NCBI GenBank assembly: GCA_965648915.1 | Contig: CBFGIV010000002.1 | Location: forward strand, 583 to 64,582 | Length of the DNA stretch: 64,000 bases | Source of the DNA: a candidate division WOR-3 bacterium | Lineage (GTDB): Bacteria; Hydrothermota; Tepidihabitantia; SM23-42; CAYGYG01 | Direction of reading: 5' to 3' | Part shown: positions 30,146 through 39,444 of the stretch, one piece after another | How positions within the stretch are numbered: the first letter of the stretch is position 1 | Layout of the letters: every line of letters starts with the position of its first letter | Made by a program: the position numbers and the translations under genes | Notes under the pieces: generated by a model | Told to the model about the DNA's origin: nothing | Databases searched by the model: none | The model's input: the letters and a program-made list of their open reading frames with translations, nothing else

Positions 30146-32230
30146 ATGAAAAAATTGTTAACCTTTGGTGTTATTATTGTTCTATTAAGTTGCGGGCCGA
30201 GAGAAGAGAAACTCACCGGTGAACCCGGGGGAACACTTGTGATTGGCACTATGGAAGAACCTTCTTCTTTAGTCCCATTAAAGCCGTCGGTGACCGGTTC
30301 GAATGAGATTATGGATATGCTCTTCCTCCATCTCCATCGAGTTGACCCCGGGTCCGGTAGGATTATCAACCAACTGGCAACTGCCTGGGAATATTCAGAG
30401 GACCTGAAGATGATCACCTACACATTAAGAAAAGATGTCAAATGGTGGGACGGTAAACCGGTTACGGCCGAAGATGTGCTTTATGCTTTTGAAAAGATGA
30501 AAGACCCTAAGACTGGTTACCCGAATATCACAAGCATCAGAAATATCGAAAAAGCAGAAGTGCTCGGGCCCCATACGATACGATTCAGATTTACTAAAGT
30601 ATACGGTGATCAACTGATCGATTCCGATATCCAGCCTGTCCCCAAACACATCTTAGAAAAGAATCCTGATCTCGATAAGTTTGGTGAAAATCCAGTTGGA
30701 AATGGCCCATTTATTGTGAAGAGATGGATTCGGGGTTCATCCCTGGAACTTGTCGCCAATCCAGAATTTTATCGAGGCCGGCCACCGCTTGATCAGATCC
30801 GATTTATCTTCTACACCGACCTTGAGGCAATGGCCAAAGACTTTGAAGATGGAAAGATCGATATGATAACCGATGTGTCACCTGCCCTTGCCCAGAGATG
30901 GCAGAAGAATCAGAATATCGTCATAAGTTCCCAGCCCGGTTCCAGTTATATCTATATCGGGTGGAACCTGAGACACCCCTTGTTGCAGAATATCGAAATT
31001 AGAAAGGCACTGACTATGGCAATAGATGTGCCAAAAATTCTGAAAGAAAACTTCCTTGATCAGGGAGCGATAGCGGTTGGTCCAATACCACCAAGCAGCT
31101 GGGCATACAACAATAAGATTAAACCAATAACCTATAATCCTCTTGTTGCCCAGGATATCTTATTAAAACAGGGTCTTACTGATGTAGATCGAGACAAATT
31201 CTTAGAGAAAGATGGTCGCCCTTTTGAACTAAATCTGATTACCAACAAAGAGAATACTCTTCGGGTGGCAATTGCCAATCAGGTAGCCAGTCAACTGGCA
31301 AAGATCGGTATCCGGGTTAAAGTTCAAGCCCTCGACCTGAATTCTTTCGTCAACAGCATTCTAACCGGCAAATTTGATGGCTATATAATGGGTTCGCGCG
31401 TTTCTCAGAAGATTGATCCCTCAATATACTGGTATTCTGATCCTCAGCGTGGTCGATATAATCTTGTTGTTTATAAGAACAGAGTCGTTGATAGTCTAAT
31501 TGATGAAGGGCTGGTGGCATTGAGTCGGCGTCGAGCAAAGGAGATCTGGGACAGGTTTCAGGAGATTATCTACGAATCCCAACCATTTACTTTTCTTGTC
31601 ATACCCAATGAAATCTCGGCAACCTATAAGAGGGTCAGAGGGATTAAGGAGAGCGGGCCGAGTATCTATGAGTCTTATGCATACTGGATACCTGAATCAG
31701 AAAGAAGACCAATCGCCGTTGCGGCGACGACACCGCCGACGCCATCACCATCTCCGACGCCGACGACAACTGTCACTACAACTACACCGATAGCACCGGC
31801 TGAAGCTCCTAAACCAAAGACGCCTACTCCACCGGCTCCAAAACCACCACAGATTGTCGAACCGGAAAAGATACTTGAAGCAAGGGCTAAAGCCGCTGAG
31901 ACCCCTCCTCCAGAGACGACTAAACCTGTCGTAACTCCACCGCCTATGCCTAAGCCGGTGATAGAGACCCAGGCTCAGATAATAAAGCGGGTCAATGCTA
32001 TATATCCCGAGGCAGCGCGCGAATTCGGTGCAGAAGGTGTCGTTAAAGTACGAGTCATCGTCGGGGCTGATGGTAAGGTCAAGAATGCAACGGTGGTGAA
32101 GAGTTTTGGCAACGCATTATGTGAAGAAGCAGCACTCCGGGCTGCTCAGCAGTGGGAATTCAAGCCAGCAACTAAAGATGGGGTACCGGTTGAGTCACCA
32201 TTGACTCTTGAGTTCACATTTAAGCCATAA
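30146..32230 (+). CDS. Lipoprotein fusion: family-5 ABC substrate-binding domain (OppA/DppA/NikA-like), a Pro/Thr-rich linker, and a TonB C-terminal domain
   Basis: Lipobox LLSCG. SBP_bac_5-type sequence through ~aa 500. Then a TTPPTPSPSPTPTTT...PKPKTPTPPAPKPP linker. Then a clear TonB_C signature (YPEAAREFGAEGVVKVRVIVGADGKV...AALRAAQQWEFKPATKDG). AGGAGG RBS upstream. Confidence 0.75.
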   Translation: MKKLLTFGVIIVLLSCGPREEKLTGEPGGTLVIGTMEEPSSLVPLKPSVTGSNEIMDMLFLHLHRVDPGSGRIINQLATAWEYSEDLKMITYTLRKDVKWWDGKPVTAEDVLYAFEKMKDPKTGYPNITSIRNIEKAEVLGPHTIRFRFTKVYGDQLIDSDIQPVPKHILEKNPDLDKFGENPVGNGPFIVKRWIRGSSLELVANPEFYRGRPPLDQIRFIFYTDLEAMAKDFEDGKIDMITDVSPALAQRWQKNQNIVISSQPGSSYIYIGWNLRHPLLQNIEIRKALTMAIDVPKILKENFLDQGAIAVGPIPPSSWAYNNKIKPITYNPLVAQDILLKQGLTDVDRDKFLEKDGRPFELNLITNKENTLRVAIANQVASQLAKIGIRVKVQALDLNSFVNSILTGKFDGYIMGSRVSQKIDPSIYWYSDPQRGRYNLVVYKNRVVDSLIDEGLVALSRRRAKEIWDRFQEIIYESQPFTFLVIPNEISATYKRVRGIKESGPSIYESYAYWIPESERRPIAVAATTPPTPSPSPTPTTTVTTTTPIAPAEAPKPKTPTPPAPKPPQIVEPEKILEARAKAAETPPPETTKPVVTPPPMPKPVIETQAQIIKRVNAIYPEAAREFGAEGVVKVRVIVGADGKVKNATVVKSFGNALCEEAALRAAQQWEFKPATKDGVPVESPLTLEFTFKP

Positions 32231-32263
32231 TATAATAAAGATTGATCGGCAATTTAGCAAAAA

Positions 32264-32348
32264 TGCCGGGAGGGGGATTTGAACCCCCACGGTCTTTAAA
32301 GACCAGAGGATTTTAAGTCCTCTACGTCTACCATTCCGCCATCCCGGC
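32264..32348 (-). tRNA. tRNA-Leu (anticodon TAA), type II with a long variable arm; CCA not encoded
   Basis: Manual fold of the reverse complement: acceptor GCCGGGA/UCCCGGC with discriminator A, anticodon loop CUUAAAA, T-arm GGGGG-UUCAAAU-CCCCC, variable arm GGUCUUUAAAGACC. Confidence 0.85.
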
Positions 32349-32792
32349 AAAAAAACTGAAGCCGAAATCTGCTATCAGAATTACTTCCCTTTGATTATAA
32401 CAAAAAGTGACAGTTTGTCAACGAATCGATTTAAATCAAAAATAATCTTACCGAAAATAGATAATTTAATCAAATTAGAGTATCTTCCCAATACTTGAAA
32501 ATATAACCCACACTTTCAGCAGGATGAAAAATAAAAAATTACTTATAAATCACCAACTTTTCAATATCATCATCTTTCTTTATAAAATAAACCCCAGAAT
32601 TCAAATCAATGTCATTCTTGCCTTTATCTATTTTTCTAATTTTTCTTCAGCAACGCCGATAACCATTGAATCCGCAGGGATTACAGCGGAGTCAGATATT
32701 TATTTTTTACACTTTAATGTTTATCCAGCGTTTTTAAGTATCTAAAATTCTGCACAACGATCCGCCATAAAGCGTGGCGTACTGACACTACA

Positions 32793-34058
32793 TTAGTGTT
32801 TTCTCCTGCTCAGGACAGTTTTTTCGTATTTTTTTATTGTGCCAAGCCAGTCCGGGTCAAGGGGTACATTGGAAATAAAACAAAAATAATCCCAGACTGC
32901 ACTGAAAGGCAATGTCTTTGTTCCTTCATAAATACCGAGCCTGGAAATATAATCTTTTCTTTCTTCAGAATCTTTTAATATCTTTATCGGCTCAAGCAGG
33001 GCGTATAATAATGCCTTCTGGACTGAACGGGCACCCAAGACCCAGGCGCCAATACGGTTGAGTGTTGCATCAAAATAGTCAAGCCCGATATAAATTCTTG
33101 AGAGCGCATCGCATCGGACAATTTCAGAAAACAATTCCCGGAGTGTATCATCAAACAATGGTATGTGGTCGCTGTCCCAGCGCACGCCCCGGCTGATATG
33201 AAGCAGAATGCCTTTGATAAATAAAAGCAAAGAGGATATTTTATCCGCAATAGATTCGGTGGGATGAAAATGTCCGAGGTCAAGACAGAGCATTAAATCA
33301 TTCTTTAAGGCATAACTTAAGTAAAATTCAAATGAACCCGTGACAAATGATTCACTACCGATTCCAAAGAGTTTTGGTTCCAGGGAGTCTTTTAAAAATT
33401 TTTCAGGATATTTTTTTGAATATATTTTATCAAGTGAATCTTTGAGCAGACTCCGATAACCGATACGGTCAACACAGATATCCTTCATTCCATCCGGTAT
33501 CCAGAGATTATGGACCGCGGGCATTCTTAATGCCCGGCCAAAATAGGTAGCAATTTCTCGCGCACGACGGACATGCTCAATCCAGAAATCCCTTATATTT
33601 TTATTTTTACTGCTCAAGGTAAATCCATCTTCAGACAGAGGATGGGAGAATAGTGTAGCATTGAAGTCAAGCCCTAATTTTTTTTCTTTTGCCCAGTCAA
33701 TCCAGGATTGAAAATGCTCAATTCCAATCTCATTCCGCTCAATCTTTTTGTCCCCAAAATCACCATAGATTGCATGGAGATTGATACGGTGTCTGCCCGG
33801 GATTAAAGATAGTGCCATTGTTAAATCCTTGCGCAACTCTGAAATATTACTTGCCCTGCCTGGATAATTTCCCGTGACCTGTATCCCACCTGAGAGTCCT
33901 GAACCCTGAGTTTCAAATCCTTTTATATCATCACCCTGCCAGCAATGGATTGAGAGACTTATCTGCGCAAGTCTTTTTATTGCCTGCTCAGTATCAATCC
34001 CAAACTTGTGATATTTTTCACGGGCATATCTATATTGTTCAATAAGCTTATTTTTCAT
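32793..34058 (-). CDS. rhaA: L-rhamnose isomerase
   Basis: The N-terminal region (FGIDTEQAIKRLAQISLSIHCWQGDDIKGFE) parallels E. coli RhaA. 421 aa. Confidence 0.8.
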   Translation of the reverse strand: MKNKLIEQYRYAREKYHKFGIDTEQAIKRLAQISLSIHCWQGDDIKGFETQGSGLSGGIQVTGNYPGRASNISELRKDLTMALSLIPGRHRINLHAIYGDFGDKKIERNEIGIEHFQSWIDWAKEKKLGLDFNATLFSHPLSEDGFTLSSKNKNIRDFWIEHVRRAREIATYFGRALRMPAVHNLWIPDGMKDICVDRIGYRSLLKDSLDKIYSKKYPEKFLKDSLEPKLFGIGSESFVTGSFEFYLSYALKNDLMLCLDLGHFHPTESIADKISSLLLFIKGILLHISRGVRWDSDHIPLFDDTLRELFSEIVRCDALSRIYIGLDYFDATLNRIGAWVLGARSVQKALLYALLEPIKILKDSEERKDYISRLGIYEGTKTLPFSAVWDYFCFISNVPLDPDWLGTIKKYEKTVLSRRKH

Positions 34059-35549
34059 CTATTCTCCTTTACGATTTTTTGCTACTATATTTTGATATGC
34101 TTCTTCATATCTATCCCATTTTTGTTTTTCTTTAGGTTGGTAAACTTTGATATCAAATGAATTCCTGACAATCGCCCGCAGTTGTCCAAGAGACTTTATT
34201 CTTTCTTTTGCTTTTGCCTGGATAAGAAGGTTGCCAATTGCCGTTGCCTCAACTGGTCCGGCATAGACGGTTAAGCCAGTAGCATCCGCAGTGAACTGGC
34301 AGAGCAAAGAATTCAAGGCACCACCACCAATTATATGAATACAGGAATAATCAGTCTGACTTATTTCTCTGACTTCGTTCAAGACTTTCCGATAGGAAAA
34401 GGCAAGGCTCTCCAGAATACAACGTACAAACTGTCCGATATTTTCAGGTGTCTTTTGACCGGTCTTTATACAAAACTCAATTATCTCCTTGGGTAAATTA
34501 TTACTGTATAAAAATCGAGGATCATAGGTATCAATCAAGGAGCGAAATCTCTCTTCGTTTTGGGCAAGTCCAATTAACTCTTCATAAGAATAAATCTTAT
34601 TTTTATCCCATTCCTTTTTGCAATTATGTAATATTCCGAGCCCCATTATATTCTTTAAAAGACATATCCTTCTTTCTACACCACCTTCATTCGTAAAATT
34701 ATAGTAATAGGTCTTATCGTTTATGACCGGTCTGTCCGACTCTATCCCGAGTAGTGACCAGGTTCCAGAACTGATATAGATAAAATCCTTATCCAATGCC
34801 GGGACTGCGGCAATCGCGGATGCGGTATCATGGGATGCAACTGCAATCACTGTTGTATCCTTCAATCCGGTCATTGATGATACCTCACTATTTATCCTGC
34901 CAATACTGGTGCCGGGATTGATGACCGGCGGGAATATATCGGGACTGACACCGAGCACCTCAATGATTTTTTCATCCCATTCGTTTTTATTGATATTATA
35001 AATCTGGGAGGTTGTTGCAAAGGTGAATTCAGCAAATTTCTTTCCGGTCAGAAAATAATTTATGATATCGGGTATAAAAAGGAGTTTTGCGGCCTTTTTG
35101 ATCAGCGGGCTATCGTTGACCACCATCGCATAGAGTTGATACAGGGTATTTATTTCCATAAATTGAATCCCGGTACGTTGATATATCTCTTCTTTAGAAA
35201 TCTTGCTGGTGAATTTCTCAACCATTCCCCTGGTCCGGCCGTCGCGGTAGGAAAATGGCGGTGCAACCAGATTGCCATTTTTGTCTAAGAGCCCGAAATC
35301 AACACCCCAGGTATCAATCCCGATTGAGACAGGCTTTTTCGTTATTTCTTTAGCGCAAATTGACAAACCTTTTAAGATTTCGCGATAAAGATTTTCAATA
35401 TCCCAATGCAAGCCATCCGGCATCTGGATTGTATCATTGGCAAAACGATGCAATTCTTTTATTGTCAATCTGCCTTTTTCTTCAAGTATCCCTGCTATCA
35501 CCCTGCCACTACCTGCACCAAGGTCAATACCGAGATAAGTATCAGACAT
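34059..35549 (-). CDS. rhaB: Rhamnulokinase (FGGY carbohydrate kinase)
   Basis: FGGY N-terminal motif YLGIDLGAGSGRV. 496 aa. Adjacent to rhaA. Confidence 0.8.
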   Translation of the reverse strand: MSDTYLGIDLGAGSGRVIAGILEEKGRLTIKELHRFANDTIQMPDGLHWDIENLYREILKGLSICAKEITKKPVSIGIDTWGVDFGLLDKNGNLVAPPFSYRDGRTRGMVEKFTSKISKEEIYQRTGIQFMEINTLYQLYAMVVNDSPLIKKAAKLLFIPDIINYFLTGKKFAEFTFATTSQIYNINKNEWDEKIIEVLGVSPDIFPPVINPGTSIGRINSEVSSMTGLKDTTVIAVASHDTASAIAAVPALDKDFIYISSGTWSLLGIESDRPVINDKTYYYNFTNEGGVERRICLLKNIMGLGILHNCKKEWDKNKIYSYEELIGLAQNEERFRSLIDTYDPRFLYSNNLPKEIIEFCIKTGQKTPENIGQFVRCILESLAFSYRKVLNEVREISQTDYSCIHIIGGGALNSLLCQFTADATGLTVYAGPVEATAIGNLLIQAKAKERIKSLGQLRAIVRNSFDIKVYQPKEKQKWDRYEEAYQNIVAKNRKGE

Positions 35550-35585
35550 AATCTTTGAGATTAAAACTTTTTATCCGATGATTCT

Positions 35586-35858
35586 TCATTCTCTTTGTTG
35601 TTTCTTTGTCAAGTGCTTCCGTGCCCGGGCACCATTAGCCATGACAAGATAGATACGGTTACTTAAAATCGGGTCTGGAACAGGAAATAAAATCTTTTCT
35701 CCTTTCTTTAGCGTTTTAATTTTATCCTGTAATACTTCAGTCACATCAACCGAGATATTTCCGGCATTGCGCTCTGCCCAGCCCTTTTGCCAGAGGAATT
35801 TGCCGATTTCGCCGATCTCATCAATGATCTTTTTCAATTCAGGATTTTTCATAGACAA
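35586..35858 (-). pseudogene. rhaD: Truncated remnant (N-terminal ~90 aa) of rhamnulose-1-phosphate aldolase (class II aldolase/adducin family)
   Basis: KGWAERNAGNISV matches RhaD KGWDERNGGNLTL. Only 36 nt separate its stop from the rhaB start, so the C-terminal two-thirds, which carry the Zn-binding His residues, are absent. Confidence 0.55.
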
Positions 35859-35859
35859 T

Positions 35860-37911
35860 TCATTCCTCCTGCGGAGTGATTTTCAGGACAATTCCATCTT
35901 TTTTATCAATATGCCAGTATATAAAATTCTGATGCCGGAAATCAATAATCTCGGTCTTGTCTGTTATCAAATCCGTTATTTTATAAATACGGTCCAGTCC
36001 CGCATTAATGGTGAACTTGACACCGCAGGGATTATTATTGTTATTCACTGCAATAAGATAGTAGCTATCATCGCGTCTAAATAATGCGGAATGGATATTC
36101 TTCTCCTTTGTGTGACAATAGATATTTATCGCAAATTCAAGCAAAAGATTGGCGAGCATCTCAGCATCAGGTCTTAAGCCAATGAAGGTCAATCTTCCCT
36201 TTCCAATACTCTGGATATAACCGACGATATAATCACTTCCCGTTGGTAAATTCGTGAACCAGAATGTAGTATTGAGACATTTCGCCATTATCGGGATTCC
36301 CGGGACTTCCTTAAAATAATAGATATAAGGTGATTGGGTATTGATTTCTCTGTTACCAAGCCTGAGCCGGATCTTTCTTGGACTCAATTCATAGCCGATT
36401 ATACCTTCAGGCGCAGGAATATTTAGAATGTTTGCGTCCTGGAGATTATCGTCAAATAAAACCGGCTTACCAATTATAACAAAATGCCCGCCATTCTCTA
36501 TATATTTTAAAATCTTGTTTTGATACTCAGCTGACAGCCATTCTTCACCGGCATAAAAAAGGATTGGTTTATCACACTCATTATAATTCAGGTCAAAAAA
36601 TTCAAAATCTATACCCGTATCATAAAAAGATTTTAATAAATCATCACCAGCATAAATGCCTGATGTTATCTCGTTTTGTTTATTACAGACTGCCTGCTGG
36701 AGAAAGTCTACAGCAATTCCGACTTCACAGCATCTTTTCAAATCAGGTGGTTTAATCTCATTATAAATCTCCACAATTTTTTTGAATACTGAAAATAGTT
36801 CGGGATGCTCAATACCCCATTCATTTATCGGGCTCATATACCAGTTATCGCGGTTTACAAGCATATACCAGTTCCAGCCGGCCGCACCAGCGAGTAATGC
36901 GGAAAGGCATAATAAACGATAATGATTTGCACTTAAAGCGCCGGTTTGATAATGCCAGCCATGCCATATCCCGGATTCAAATTCGGCAATAAATGGTAAT
37001 CTTGAATAGGAAGCGACATAGCGAATGGAAAAGAGAAAATGGCGGTGTTCATCCGGACGCCTGTCAAATTCGTTGGTCGGATAATAATCCGGGGCAGATA
37101 TATCAGCGATCTTTTCCAGTAAGGGCCAGGGCTGGACACCAATGGTATCAACATTGAAATAGATTGGTATATCAACACCACATTTCTGGTAGATCTCTTT
37201 ATTCCACCGCGCAACCTCTTTTGTATACCACAATAAAAAGCGCACGACATCAATCCTTCTACAATCAATCTTTGTTAAATCATCAAATGCGCGGACTTCA
37301 GAGAATCTTGAGTAATCGGTCTTCCATAATCGGTTCAGATTCGTAATATCGCGGTATCGTTTTTCAAGAAATTCCTGAAACATACCCATGGTATTACCGA
37401 GTCCGAGTTGTTCACCATAAAAATTTATGAATGGATGGATTTCATTATCCGGCTGTAAAAGGATTATCCTTCCGCCATTGGTGGCAAAGTATGGTTTCAA
37501 AAATTCTGTTATCTCACGAATCCAGTGGGCTGCCTCTTTTTTAAATTCTAAATGGAGCCGGTGATAAGGGACAAGCCGTTCAGGTATACCAAAATTTATC
37601 CATTCAGAATAGATATAGGGACCGGGTCTGATAATTATATAAAAATCCATTTCACTGAGTAGTTCCAAGAAAGATTTTAAGTCTCTTCTCGGGTCGGTCT
37701 TACCGGTAAAATCGTATTTATTGACTTCAACCTCGTGGAACTGCCAGCAGACATAGGTTGATACAATTTTAAGTCCGAGTCCTTTGACCTTATCAAGAAT
37801 TGCCTTCCAGGATTCAGGTGCGAGCCGCCAGTAATGGACCTCACCGCTGAGCAGGGGAATTGCCTTTTCATCAAGATAGAGTTTTTTTTCTTTTATAAAA
37901 AGGTTAAACAT
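35860..37911 (-). CDS. Glycoside hydrolase, GH35-like (possibly GH42) beta-galactosidase family
   Basis: GEVHYWR and YVCWQFHEVEVNKYDFTG correspond to GH35 motifs (G..HY.R, YV.WN.HEP..G.YDF.G). 683 aa. Confidence 0.7.
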   Translation of the reverse strand: MFNLFIKEKKLYLDEKAIPLLSGEVHYWRLAPESWKAILDKVKGLGLKIVSTYVCWQFHEVEVNKYDFTGKTDPRRDLKSFLELLSEMDFYIIIRPGPYIYSEWINFGIPERLVPYHRLHLEFKKEAAHWIREITEFLKPYFATNGGRIILLQPDNEIHPFINFYGEQLGLGNTMGMFQEFLEKRYRDITNLNRLWKTDYSRFSEVRAFDDLTKIDCRRIDVVRFLLWYTKEVARWNKEIYQKCGVDIPIYFNVDTIGVQPWPLLEKIADISAPDYYPTNEFDRRPDEHRHFLFSIRYVASYSRLPFIAEFESGIWHGWHYQTGALSANHYRLLCLSALLAGAAGWNWYMLVNRDNWYMSPINEWGIEHPELFSVFKKIVEIYNEIKPPDLKRCCEVGIAVDFLQQAVCNKQNEITSGIYAGDDLLKSFYDTGIDFEFFDLNYNECDKPILFYAGEEWLSAEYQNKILKYIENGGHFVIIGKPVLFDDNLQDANILNIPAPEGIIGYELSPRKIRLRLGNREINTQSPYIYYFKEVPGIPIMAKCLNTTFWFTNLPTGSDYIVGYIQSIGKGRLTFIGLRPDAEMLANLLLEFAINIYCHTKEKNIHSALFRRDDSYYLIAVNNNNNPCGVKFTINAGLDRIYKITDLITDKTEIIDFRHQNFIYWHIDKKDGIVLKITPQEE

Positions 37912-37914
37912 TAT

Positions 37915-39444
37915 TTACTCCATGATATTATTTAAATCTTTAAATTGATTTTTGATTGAAGGATAGAGCGTCCTATACAATTTGTAGTATTTTTGATAGA
38001 TTTCAGAATCTTTATCCGGTTTTGTGATACCGGTCTCATAGATCGTCATTTTACAGGCTTCTTTTGCATTTCTATAAACTTTGGTTCCGACACCGGCAAT
38101 TAGTGCAGCGCCGAATGCTGCACCCTCGGTTGCATTCACGGTTACAATATCAAGGTTAAAGATGTCTGCCATTATCTTTCGCCATAACAGAGACTTTGCA
38201 CCACCACCCGAGACCCGAACCCGATTAAATCTTATTCCCATATCCTTTAATAATTCCAGGCAGTCCTTTAAGCCGAATGTTATACCTTCGATCACAGCGC
38301 GGGCAAGATGGGGTCGGCTATGCTTCAATGATAAGCCAAAGAATAAACCCCTTGCATAAGGGTCAGGATGGGGTGTCCTTTCTCCCGAAAGATAAGGGAG
38401 AAATACCAACCCTTCAGCACCAGGTGGGATTGTGCCTGCCTCTTTTGTAATCAAATCATAGATATCAATCCCCTTATTTTTTGCGTAAATCTTTTCATTG
38501 CTGTATAACAGATCCCTTAACCATCTCAAACTGCCACCGGCAGAAAGCATCACACCCATCAAATGCCACATATCAAATACTGCATGGCAATAGGTGTGCA
38601 GTCTGCCGTTTTTATCATACCGATATGTATCAATTGCGGCAAATACGACACCAGAAGTGCCGATTGTTACCGATATCGTTCCTGGCTCATATATTCCAGT
38701 GCCGATTGCTTGGGCTGCCTGGTCACCAGCACCGGCAATAACCGGGGTGTCTTCTCTTAGACCGGTCAATCTTGCAGCATTCTTGCTCACATAACCACAT
38801 ACCGCCGGTGATTCATAAACCGGTGGTAGCCATTCCCTTTTTATCTTCAGTCCATTTATTATCTCATCTGACCAGTCTCTCTTTGCTACATCAAATAGAC
38901 AGGTTCCTGAGGCATCTGCCACATCCATACCCTGGGTTTCAGTGAGTTTGAAGCGCACATAATCCTTGGGCAAAAGGATATGGGCAATCTTTTTGTAGTT
39001 CTCGGTTTCATTGTTTTTTATCCACAGAATTTTACCAGCAGTAAAACTCGGCAGACAGGGCTTTCCCGCTATCTTTATCATTCTTTCTGCGCCGATAATG
39101 CGATTTATTTTTATACACTCTTTTACCGTGCGCTGGTCATTCCAGAGGATACAATTTCTTAAAACATTTTTTTTATTATCAAGGATGACCAACCCGTGCA
39201 TCTGTCCGGTCAGCCCGATTCCTGCGATGCGGTTCGGATTGGTGCGGGATTTTGCCAGTACCTGTTTAATCCCCTTTATCGTTGCCTTCCACCAGTCTTC
39301 GGGATTCTGCTCAGACCAGTTTGGCTTCGGTATGTATACAGGATATTCGTTTGTAGAAGTGGCAATGATATCGCCATCAGAAGCAATCAAAACTACCTTT
39401 GCACCGGTCGTACCAATATCAATCCCCAGGAGCAATTCTTTCAT
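37915..39444 (-). CDS. xylB: Xylulokinase-like FGGY carbohydrate kinase
   Basis: LGIDIGTTGAKVVL N-terminus and FGGY C-terminal motifs. 509 aa. Adjacent to the xylose isomerase gene. Confidence 0.75.
   Translation of the reverse strand: MKELLLGIDIGTTGAKVVLIASDGDIIATSTNEYPVYIPKPNWSEQNPEDWWKATIKGIKQVLAKSRTNPNRIAGIGLTGQMHGLVILDNKKNVLRNCILWNDQRTVKECIKINRIIGAERMIKIAGKPCLPSFTAGKILWIKNNETENYKKIAHILLPKDYVRFKLTETQGMDVADASGTCLFDVAKRDWSDEIINGLKIKREWLPPVYESPAVCGYVSKNAARLTGLREDTPVIAGAGDQAAQAIGTGIYEPGTISVTIGTSGVVFAAIDTYRYDKNGRLHTYCHAVFDMWHLMGVMLSAGGSLRWLRDLLYSNEKIYAKNKGIDIYDLITKEAGTIPPGAEGLVFLPYLSGERTPHPDPYARGLFFGLSLKHSRPHLARAVIEGITFGLKDCLELLKDMGIRFNRVRVSGGGAKSLLWRKIMADIFNLDIVTVNATEGAAFGAALIAGVGTKVYRNAKEACKMTIYETGITKPDKDSEIYQKYYKLYRTLYPSIKNQFKDLNNIME

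Noticed and set aside
32524-32745. 73-aa ORF in the AT-rich gap next to tRNA-Leu
   Set aside because: Extremely AT-rich and low-complexity (NIIIFLYKINP...), with no RBS. Treated as non-coding.
35586-35858. Treating the 90-aa RhaD-like ORF as an intact small gene
   Set aside because: It matches only the N-terminal third of class-II aldolases and lacks the metal-binding region. A truncation is the more parsimonious reading.
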